From Macrostomum lignano (Eukaryota), in the NCBI GenBank assembly GCA_002269645.1, contig NIVC01004520.1:1-43452 (forward strand): a stretch of 43,452 nt of DNA, in the 5' to 3' direction. The notes beneath the pieces were generated by a model, which ran no database searches, was not told the DNA's origin, and was given only the letters and a program-made list of their open reading frames with translations. Position 1 is the first letter of the stretch; every line of letters starts with the position of its first letter. Of this stretch, positions 33,948-43,452 are shown one piece after another. The position numbers and the translations under genes were made by a program.

Positions 33948-34253
33948 CGCGCACAAAGACGTCGCACAGGCCGGTGCTGACCTAGGCGTTGGCATTGGAA
34001 AACGCCACAAAGTCGAACAGCCGACAGGCCTCGACCAGCCAGTAGAAGCCGAAGCAGTCCGGCCTGCGGCTGCACACAAAGCTGCAGTGTTTGTCGCTGA
34101 GTGCGGGCTGCGAGCGAAACTCGTCAGAGCGACAGCGCTGCCCGTCACGTTGGCGGTGAATTGAGCAGATCCGCCGGGGGTCTTCACCGCAGCACCCAAC
34201 AGGGCCACAGGAACAATGATGGCGACAAGACGGCAGTGAAGGCTTTGCTGCAT
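33948..34253 (-). pseudogene. Exon 1 of a signal peptide + PAN/apple domain gene (one frameshift, one premature stop)
   Basis: ATG at 34253, MQQSLHCRLVAIIVPVALLGAA; a frameshift near 34118 leads to KHCSFVCSRRPDCFGFYWLVEACRLF (PAN Cys pattern); TAG at 33984; then VSTGLCDVFVR and a phase-1 donor G|GTAAGT at 33947. Confidence 0.72.
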
Positions 34254-34504
34254 TACGAGTATTTTTAGTGCGGCCGATGCGGGTTTTTTCAAAGTCCAAC
34301 TCGAACTGATGCAGATGAAGCTTGTGCTTGCCGAGGTGCGAGCCCATTGTATGCTTGGCAACTGTGCTCGGACATGCCGCGGTGATAAAAGCAAAGCATT
34401 CTGATTGGCTGAATTCACTTGCATTGCTCCAAAGTATATACTTGAAAATTTATACTATTAACAAGATCTATATACTACTAGTTTACTACTACTAACTGTA
34501 CTCT

Positions 34505-34590
34505 TTACTAGAGCTTACTGTTACCTACTCGAGCTTACTGAACTTACTCGAGCTTACTGTACTTACTCGAGCTTACTGTACTTACTCGAG
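34505..34590. repeat. 19-bp tandem repeat CTTACTCGAGCTTACTGTA
   Basis: About 4 copies, read directly. Confidence 0.85.
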
Positions 34591-35226
34591 ACGTGTCTAC
34601 CTTCTGGTTCTAAATTGATCCCTGGTTCCCTGGACTGACGCTCTCTATAAAAGGAGGCGGATGGATACAACAAACTGCCGCCCATCCCAAGCGACTCGGA
34701 ATGTGCTGTTGTATCTCAGCAGAAGACATCCGGGCTTTCCACCATGAGCCTCACGGGCTACACGAGGCACCTTTTACTCCGTGAAAAACACCCGAAGCTA
34801 AATTAGCCATTTTTGTGGCCTAGACAGTTAAATGAGCAGCATTCTGGCTGCCAATGCCTGGCTTTAACAAATATCGGCTGCTCCACCTCCGGTGAAACCC
34901 ATTCGTCTGTGAATGATGAGGCCTGCGAACTCGGGAACAGCTCGCGGTTTCTCCGGGCAACCAGACGAGTCACTTTCAACCCTAGCGCTGCAGAACCGCT
35001 TGGAGTTGATAGAGCATTTGTCCTTGTCTATGGCCTCACTCAGCCGGTCAAAGGCAACAAGGCGAACTGAAACGTTTGGAATCGTAAAACTTGACTTTTA
35101 TGGGTTAAGACGAGCGAACCGGGGCGCGAGTTTGTAAATATTGATTATTGACACAAGGCTTGATTCCCTAAAGACGTCGAACTTCGCATAATTACTGAAT
35201 ATTTCATCCTTCATCCTTCGATCGAG

Positions 35227-35278
35227 ATGAAATCAGATTTCTTGTTAGTAGCGGTAATCTTGGTGCTTTCATTTCTTG
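35227..35278 (+). CDS. Exon 1 (signal peptide) of a secreted knottin/ICK peptide precursor
   Basis: ATG AAA TCA..CTT G|GTAAGT encodes MKSDFLLVAVILVLSFL with a consensus phase-1 donor. Confidence 0.85.
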
Positions 35279-35373
35279 GTAAGTCTGGTGGCTTAAGGTG
35301 GGAATAGTTAAAGATTTCTATGAACACTAATCTTTCAGTTAATTGCTGTACACTTGAGGTCAAGAAAATAAGA

Positions 35374-35640
35374 GTGATAGCCGGAGTGACAATCAGTGAT
35401 AGCCGGAGTGACCGGAGTGACAATCAGACTGATATAGCCGGAGTGACAATCAGACTGATAGCCGGAGTGACAATCAGACTGAGACTGATAGCCGGAGTGA
35501 CAATCAGACTGATAGCCAGATTGACAATCAGAGTGATTAGCCGGAGTGACAATCAGATTGATAGCCGGAGTGACAACCAGAGTGATAGCCAGAATGACAA
35601 TCAGAATGACAGCCAGAGTGATTATCGGAGTGACAGCCAG
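35374..35640. repeat. 24-bp minisatellite GATAGCCGGAGTGACAATCAGACT in the knottin intron
   Basis: About 11 variably degenerate units. Confidence 0.92.
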
Positions 35641-35676
35641 AACATCGTAGTGCAAGCCGAACTCTTTATCCTGCAG

Positions 35677-35834
35677 GTAGCACTTCAGGATGCACTGGTC
35701 GAAGAGACGCCGGCAGCAGCGTGCCCAAGTGCAAGAAGCTGAAGTCAAAGGAGTTTTGCATATTCGACAATGAGTGCTGCTCCGACAGATGCTTGCCATA
35801 CACGAGGCTGAAGCCCTACCGCGACTGCGAATGA
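35677..35834 (+). CDS. Exon 2 of the knottin precursor
   Basis: Acceptor ctctttatcctgcAG at 35675-35676, phase 1. Reads (G)STSGCTGRRDAGSSVPKCKKLKSKEFCIFDNECCSDRCLPYTRLKPYRDCE*, with a C-x8-C-x5-CC-x3-C-x11-C framework. Confidence 0.85.
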
Positions 35835-35992
35835 ACAGGAGTTCAGCAGGTGATCTGTGTAATCTGGATGTCGCTACATGTAGGTACATTGTACAATGTT
35901 CAAAAGATCCTGTTTTATTGTGCGTGTATTTAATGTAAATTTGAATCTTTTCAACCATAATCGTAGATATTTTCTTTCATCTCTTACTGTTC

Positions 35993-35998
35993 AATAAA
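35993..35998 (+). promoter_or_regulatory. Polyadenylation signal of the knottin gene
   Basis: AATAAA 159 nt after the stop codon. Confidence 0.6.
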
Positions 35999-36108
35999 AC
36001 TTGCATGGCGTACAGCTTTCAAATACTCGAAAAGAAAATTTCGTCGTTCTTTATGACGGCTTTCGATGTGTGAACGTGTTTTTTCAGATCAAGTATCTAT
36101 AAAGTCGA

Positions 36109-36147
36109 GTCTGTCTGTCTATCTGTCTGGCTGTCTGTCTGTCTTAG

Positions 36148-36204
<57 letters not shown>

Positions 36205-36298
36205 GCCTGTCTGTCTGTCTGTCTGTCTGTCTTAGTGTCTGTCTGTCTGTCTTAGTGTCTGTCTGTCTGTCTTAGTGTCTGTCTGTCTGTCTGTCTGT
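36109..36298. repeat. (GTCT)n microsatellite with CTTAGT interruptions
   Basis: Direct reading. Confidence 0.95.
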
Positions 36299-36899
36299 AG
36301 CTGGTCTCCGCCGATCTACAATGCATGTAACTAAGCTTTTGTGCAGTTTCGAATCTCAATGTCATTCCGGCTTATCGGACTGACAATTAGAGTGGCTTAG
36401 TCAATGGAGGTTTAAATTGAGGTCAAGTTTCCTTTTTGACATGTGATGTATGTACCCACACTGTACAGCACATGTAAATGTATGCACAATACAAGAACAA
36501 GCAGTTGCACCCGTCTTTGCTTTGGAAAATGTGTACTTTTTCTCAGTACTAGCTACTTATTGTAACAAATTATAAGTAGCGATTGCAACGGAATTGTAAA
36601 CATGAGGGCGTCAACAAGCTATTAGTAAGATATATGTACACGAATTTAGATGTACAGTATTATACTAAGTACGTCCCGGCTATTATTTTATTGTCCTAGG
36701 GTCCCACACTAAGATAATTAGTTAACTGTAAAGTAAAGTGTGAATGCGCGAATCTAATGAAGCCTCTTTCTATTTCAGTGAGTATTACGCTCGTATAGCA
36801 AAAAACACCCCGCGGCAGGCACACCGCGGGGCGCTCAAACCGGCCGGGAGAAGCAAACCGAGGAGAGGCTCGACTTAGTCTTAGACAGCACTTAGACAG

Positions 36900-37560
36900 C
36901 ACTTTTCTCTACTGTATTCATTTTGACTATAAATTGCTATGCCAGGTTTAACAAATTTCTCAATGATTAGCAAGAGAGTGGCCTTGTCTTATAAGACAAT
37001 AGGTCAAATGATAATGTTGAAAGATATTGTCTTATTCTACATACTAGGCCTATTCTAAAAATCTAGCTCTAGATACTTTCTAAGAACCTTCATAGTGTTT
37101 TAGCTTTTTTCCAAAAGGGGTTCATTGATATTAATCTTACAATTTATCCAGTGCAGTGCCTTTGACTTGAAGGCTGTCCTTTTTATATTTGAACTATTTA
37201 TCTAATCTCCTAAGTAAAGTTATACTAATTGATGATATATTTAGACTCAAATATTTATATTTGAATTAAGGATTTACATTAAATGGTTTTGTGCAAATTG
37301 TTCAAATATTCTTATTGTGGCCATTCTAGTGTGTGCAGCAGTGAGCCCCCTTATTTATATACTTAAAATATACTTTTATCATAGGCGACACAGGTGATAT
37401 TTCTTCTTACTCTATATATTTCAATCCCACCATTAAGCCACCAAGTTGTAACAAGCATTTTGGCTCTCTCTTTATTAATCCCACTGCTGCAACCAAGTTG
37501 TTGCAGGTCTACTTCTGTCTTGCCACCATAGTTGTCTCTCTATTATTCTATTAAATTTCT
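36900..37560 (-). mobile_element. AT-rich internal segment, three PBS-like motifs and LTR 3' end of a non-coding LTR family (copy 1)
   Basis: Closely similar to 41368-41671 plus 42309-42630. PBS-like motifs at 37423-37443, 37477-37495 and 37521-37528, each preceded on the minus strand by ACA-ACT. Confidence 0.75.
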
Positions 37561-39214
37561 ACTGCGCTTGTTTTTATTGGTCTCAGGATTATCCAGTTGG
37601 CGCAAATCTTAGTGTGACGGTGGACTTTTCTTTGTGCCACCCATTTTTGATAAGTCTATAAATAGACCTGGTGCGCGCCAGAGGGCGATACTTGTTTTTG
37701 ATTTTGGCTCAGTTAGGAGCCTTGGACAATCAATCTCATTCTTAATTAATTCAAGAATGCAACACTTAGTCTTCAAGCTACTTTTTGTCTTAATTAAGAG
37801 ACAGCCCACATACTAGAGATCCCGTGAGTTTAGACGGTGTTCTCTGACTGCCTGATAGAAGAAGTAGCTGTAAGAACCTTAGACCGCTAGACCTACATTA
37901 TAGAGAGCAAGAAAGTAGAGTAAGGCACCAGAGAACGACTCGTAAATCAATTTTGCACCCCGAATATCGGCCGGTGTAAGTAGACGACATGCATTGATCT
38001 TCTCTGTATTAATCATTAGTTCAAGCTTGCTTGCAGTTGATATGCTGTTTTTTGGTATGATGATATGCTACTAGAAATTTGTCAGCACTGTTTTTATAGT
38101 CCGTCAGCATGAGCTACATGTTGAAGTAGCTCGATCGAGCATTTTAACAACGTGTCAGTTTAGGCGGGATTTTAAATTAGCTTTAATTTAAGAATATGAT
38201 CGTGCACGCGCTATATGCGGGCGGGTAAATCTCAGATTGAAATGTACGTAAGTTATAAACAAATTTTTTCTTACATCAGGAATTTCATTGTTAAATTAGA
38301 AGCAATTGTACATGAATTTAACTTTCGTTCATAAAAAACTGATTAAAAAATATTTTTTTAAACTTTTAGTCAGAGTTTATGTTTTTTTGTGGCGATAGCG
38401 ACCAAAAACGTATTTTTCTGACTTGTATCTTAAGTACGTTTTTTGTTTCATAATGTTTTTTGTGCACGTGTAATATATTTGTCTATGGGAAAATGACTGA
38501 AAATATTGGGGAAAACCTTCATCTGTGAGCTTGTGGATGTTTTACCGCTGTGTTTTCAATATTTATGAACTTATTTGGCCCTGTCTCGATTGCATGATAT
38601 TTGTCTACTGTTAAAAAATTCCTGTAAGGTGTAAGTTTTCTGATAAACAATGCCAACCATTATGATCTTCAGTGATTCATTCTTTCAGATACATTTTAAA
38701 TATTGTTATTCCATTTTATCTGCGACTGTCAATGCACTGTTACTTACTTATGCCTATTGATGTTACATTTAGACTTTTTTCATAAGCACAAAATTTCCTG
38801 TAAGGTGTAAGTTTACTCAGCTCATAAGCATGTAAATGTTCCTAAATCTTCTAATTATGTAGAAAAATACTAAACAAAGAGTAGTTTTTCATTGCATGTT
38901 CTTGTGATTTTACTAAAGAAGTATAGACCTTATTAAGTTCATTATATTGGGTTTTAACCATTTATAGCCAAGTAGCATACTTAAGTAAGCAGTTTTGTTT
39001 ATGTATATGTTTGTGTGAAAATCTGTGATGATTCACTTCTAATGATATTCACTTTTGATCTTATGAGTATATCTTGAGCTCTAACGCTCAGTAATCCACA
39101 GAAAAATTTATTAATTAATTGTATTTAATGACCCCTTAGAAAGCCTTTTTAATTAAGAAGCATATCTAATGCTAGATCCGAAGGAGCAGCGTAATTCGTT
39201 GTACGAGTATGTTA

Positions 39215-39795
39215 AGTTCATTACAGGTCCTCTATGCATTTGAGAGTTTGGTGGATGGTGGATGAAGGAACTTTACTGAGTTCCGCCATTTCTTTGCATG
39301 TCCATCGCGGATCGATTTCCAGCAGACCACGGATGAGTTTGATGCTGCTCTCGGTCCGCACTTTCCGGGGTCTCCCAGATCTTGGCTCATTCAGAGTCGA
39401 AGTGCAGCCATCTCTTGAAGCGATCATACCTCTTGTACACATCGCGCTGGCAAAGTTCATCCTTGCTGTACGCGTCTACAAGCTGTAGGTGACTTGTGTA
39501 GCTGGCATTCCTCGCAGCCATTCAGATTTAATTTACCACCGCTGCTCTTCCTGCGGTTCTCTCCATAACCGCGACGTCGGCCGAAGAGGGAAAGCAATGG
39601 TGATGACAATCGCGGTGGGGTTATAATAATGCGAGCTAAGAAAGGAGAAAGGTGCAAATACGAGCTAGATAGCTCAAGTGCGCAGGAAACGACTGCTGCT
39701 GGTCGCAGGACAGCTGTGGTAACAGCTGCAGCGACTAGAGCGATGTCTGTGGTAGAAATGGATCGATTGCACGAACTTTTGAGACGCCCCTTGTA
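39215..39795 (-). mobile_element. Mariner 5' fragment (TIR + decayed N-terminal HTH of the transposase)
   Basis: Minus strand TA-CAAGGGGCGTCTCAAAAGTTCGTGCAAT is a mariner-type TIR. ATG at 39508 with one in-frame stop, then NEPRSGRPRKVRT..LLEIDPRWTCKEMAELSKVPSSTIHQTL. Confidence 0.85.
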
Positions 39796-39924
39796 ATTTT
39801 TTGTACCAGCTGTCGATACTTAAGGTTCTGGGTTTTCCCACGGGGATAGAGTAGTCAAGTGGTTACTTTACTTTATACTACTGATGGGAGGCACGTACAG
39901 GAGCCGCGAAAAGGGACAGGACAA

Positions 39925-39927
<3 letters not shown>

Positions 39928-39957
<30 letters not shown>
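39928..39957. repeat. (AT)15 microsatellite
   Basis: Direct reading. Confidence 0.95.
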
Positions 39958-39960
<3 letters not shown>

Positions 39961-41239
39961 TTAGTTCCCAGTTTTGCTTTAGTATTGCTTTGCCATTTCC
40001 ATTTTTCCTATAGTTTTCAGTGCCATATCTGCTTTGCATAGTATTTTCCAATCTGCAAGTTTTTCTGTTTTTTCTTTTTTGCCAGCATCATTTTGGCTCG
40101 TTTTTTACTGTTTTACATTTTCCCAGTGCCAGTAGCTGTACGCTTTTCATTGATTTTTATGGTCTGCACTTCCTAAGTCCAGTGCAGTTCAAGTATCTGT
40201 TTCGGTCTGTTTTTGCTTGCGTATTTAAAAGTAGAAATTAAATCGGGAATATACAATAATTCTACAGACAATATATTTGATCGGTGATGGGAACCTTAAT
40301 CAAAAGTTCAAAAGGAAAATTTATAAGAATTTTCAAGTTCTAGCAATTTCAATTTGCAGGTTTCGATCGCCATATTAAATTTCAGTAAAGATAAATAACC
40401 CAGTTGAAATCGTTTCTTTGCCATCAATAATAAATTCCGTCCGTTATCAGTCCGTCAACGGTATGTGTTTTCGATATATATTAAAAATGGTTTAAGTACC
40501 GTGTATTCCGTTTATTTTATAAATCAGGCAGATTCATAGCACGTTAAATTTAGTAACTATAAACAGTTTCAATTTATAACAAAATGTTACTCAAAAACAA
40601 AAAAGATTTTAATGAATACTACTAACCAGTAGAAAGATAACTCTAACAAAACAAAAATTACAATTTTGTGAGTTAAATAAACAAACTGTTTGTCTTCGGT
40701 ATTAATCGTTGTCAAAATACCCTTCGAAAAAACAAACAGCATTCTTTCTTGAAATTCAGGGTTACTTGTGGTTTTAAGTAGAAAAATTATTATATTATTC
40801 TTTTATCTTTAGATGTAAAGCATTATTTTCCATGCCACTGAACTTTTATTTTTTGTCAATTTTTTTACTTCTGTGTTTGAGATTTACCCGGGCGGGCAGT
40901 TGGCGCAGCGCAGCTAGGATCACCGTGTCACAATAAAGCAGGTCAAAAATATACTTCTTCACGGGACGCTACATGGTGGGAAAATACGCGTATATGGGTA
41001 GTTACCCCGTAGTATTCTTCTGCCTTTAAGGCTGAGAAGGCTCCCTGTAGAAGTTGACACGAGTGATATTGATTATTAGAAAAGACTAAAGAGCTAGCGG
41101 AGCTAAATCTATTTTATTTAACAACTATTGCCAATTTGTTCTTCTTTAAAATTATTTATTATTTTCTCTGTATTTAGTACAGAGAGTACAGTATTCTACA
41201 GTACTCTTCAGTACTCAATTCTACAGTACTCAATACAGT

Positions 41240-42846
41240 ATTCTACTGTATTCAGTTTGACTAGGAGCAGTTTTATGATAGACTACCCAATACAATATAT
41301 GTACTCTTACCTTTAGAGGCCTAGTCAAGTAGAAGAATGCTAAGGTTAAGGTATACTGACTATCTATCACTATAAATTGCTATGCCAAGTTTAACAAATT
41401 TCTCAATGATTAGCAAAGCCAAAAGAGTGGCCTTGTCTTATAAGAAAATAGGTCAAATGTTAATTTTGAAAGATATTGTCTTATTCTACTAGGCATATTT
41501 AAAAAATCTAGCTCTAGATACTTTTCTAAGAACCTTCATAGTGTTTTAGCTTTTTGCCAAAAGGGATTCATTGATATTAATCTTACAATTTTTCCAGTGC
41601 CTTTGACTTGAAGGTTGTCCTTTTTATATTTGAACTATTTATCTAATCTCCTAAGTAAAGTTATACTAATTTAGAAGCAATTATCACTTTCTAGGAACTT
41701 TATTTCTAAAAACACGCAAAAATTATATATTTGTTTTAATTTGTGAAATATTCTCAAATAGGGCCTATTCTATGTTTGTTATAAATATACACAATCAAGG
41801 CTGTATAAGTAAGAGCAAAGTTGGAGGTAGGATAGGAAGACCAACCCATGCACTTGTATAATACCTGTGCTCACTTGTTTGATAGAATATAAACAAATTT
41901 AGTTCTCAGATTGTTGTTCATTTCTAAGAGAATTGTGAAGAAGGTTGAAAGTTGCAATTAGGATTCATGCAAAGAGTAGTACTAACCTAACAGTAATCGC
42001 TGTGACCCTCTAATCTCGGTAATGCCCAGACTGGAGAGAGAAAATACATATATTAGTAAGACTGCTTAGGCCATAAACTAAGACTATTTAACCCATTTAC
42101 TAAGAATGCTACCAGACCATATACTAAGAATGCTACCAGAACACTACAAGAACGCTACCAGAAATATATGAGATTCAAAGAAACAGTTAAAACATTAAGG
42201 CAAGATTAAAGTGTCAATAGTAGAAATTTAATGGAGAGAAAGTAAGCCCTATGACAACTTTGGTGGCTTAACAATGGATTTTATATCGTACATGAACACC
42301 CCTAGCACACTAATTGATTATATATTTAGACTCAAATATTTATATTTGAATTAAGGATTTACATTAAATGATTTTATGCAAATTGTTCAAATATTCTTAT
42401 TATGGCCATACTAGTGTGTGCGGCAGTGAGCCCCCTTATTTATATACTTAGAATATACTTTTGTCATAGGTGATATAGGTGATATTTCTTCTTACTCTAC
42501 ATATTTCAATCCCACCATTAAGCCACCAAGTTGTAACAGGCATTTTGGCTCTCTTTATAAATCCCACTGCTGCAACCAAGTTGTTGCAGGTCTACTTCTA
42601 TCTTGCCACCAAAGTTGTCTCTCTATTAAATTTCTATTGCTGACAATAAGGTTATGCTTGGTTTGTATTAGTTTTCTAACTGTTTCTTAGAATCCCATTT
42701 AAGAGGTTTCTGGTAGCGTTTAAGGTATTAGTTTGGTAGTGTCTAATATGTTAGTCTGGTAGTGTCTAGTGTATGGCCTGAGTAGTCTACTGGTACTTTT
42801 ACTGTTCTTCCAGTCTCTAGGGCGTCACCTAGATCAAAGGGTCACG
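41240..42846 (-). mobile_element. Copy 2 of the non-coding LTR family: LTR 42616-42846, three PBS-like motifs and AT-rich interior with a 637-bp extra segment
   Basis: PPT at 42847-42860; LTR CGTGACCC..GAGACA; PBS-like motifs at 42604-42611, 42560-42578 and 42508-42528; interior homologous to 36900-37560. Confidence 0.75.
42001..42256 (+). repeat. Short LTR in opposite orientation inside the extra segment, followed by PBS-like TGGTGGCTTAA (42261)
   Basis: TGTGACCC..CCTATGACA; homologous to 21865-22126 and to the reverse complement of 42616-42846. Confidence 0.7.
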
Positions 42847-43452
42847 GCTCTTCTTTCTCTGGAATTCCTTTGTATATTTCCCTAATCCTTTCTCTTAGTA
42901 AGTTTCTGAGCACTTCAACTTTTAGTTAGTTTTTAAATAACTAACTTGGTAAGAATTTCAAGTTTTAAGTCTGAGAATATTACTATGAATTCAGCAAATG
43001 AACAAGCTAAGCACCAGTTGGTTTATTTGGGAGCAAATTGGCTTGTATATATAGGTCTTGGAGGCTACATTTATAACAAATTATATTTATTGTCAATATT
43101 TCGCATAGTAAAACAAATGCTAAATTATTCCTAGTTTTGTGCACGGATTCAACATGGCTAATAATTGACTATTTTACTTGTATAAATCGCAATAATAACT
43201 ACACTACTATTATAGATATTTATTTTAGGCACATAAAAATACAAAAAAAAGCTTAAATAGGAGTACAGGTTAGCACACTTATTTCAATAGAAACCTCTCA
43301 AATATCAATGAGATAACCTAGATAAAAGAGCATAATATTGATTAGGTAAAGATTTGACTTGAAAAAGTAACTTTATTATTCTAACTAACACTGTGCCATT
43401 TCTTATGGATACTACTATGTGCAGGATTTAGTATAGATTTCTTGCATTAAAA

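Noticed and set aside
35320-35742. 140-aa DSRSDNQ-repeat ORF (dentin sialoprotein-like appearance)
   Set aside because: It is the 24-bp minisatellite inside the knottin intron; the spliced frame explains the flanks better.
39202-39230. Second mariner TIR
   Set aside because: TACGAGTATG.. matches the 39795 TIR only in the first few bases; the element appears 3'-truncated.
39958-40240. Possible LINE 3' end with (TA)n tail on the minus strand
   Set aside because: No recognisable RT C-terminal motif in any frame.

Overview
Eukaryotic (metazoan, intron-containing) DNA that is mostly transposable-element derived. The codon style, TE families and lectin types suggest a free-living flatworm such as Macrostomum, but that is inference only. 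Host genes readable from the sequence: (1) a secreted protein of four near-identical Cys-rich modules on four phase-2 exons (5704-9224, +), each module resembling two divergent pacifastin-like units; (2) centrin-3 (10917-12187, -); (3) a decayed signal peptide + PAN/apple + F-type lectin gene (34253-26045, -) whose 7.5-kb intron holds a triple TE nest; (4) a 69-aa two-exon secreted knottin (ICK) precursor missed by the ORF track (35227-35834, +). TEs: an Ingi/I-group LINE inside a P-element-like transposase remnant, Tc1 and mariner remnants, a hAT-type MITE, three Gypsy elements (one nested in another, itself hit by an RTE LINE, both insertions with clean TSDs), several non-coding LTR-like elements and several minisatellites. 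Most notable observations: a 51-nt reverse-transcribed copy of the tRNA-Ser primer with a mismatch exactly at m1A58; non-coding LTR-like elements that repeatedly carry three tRNA-Leu primer-binding sites; a 1.3-kb minisatellite whose unit resembles an LTR-end/PBS junction; and the knottin and pacifastin-like genes. Many ORFs in the supplied track are antisense or repeat artefacts.
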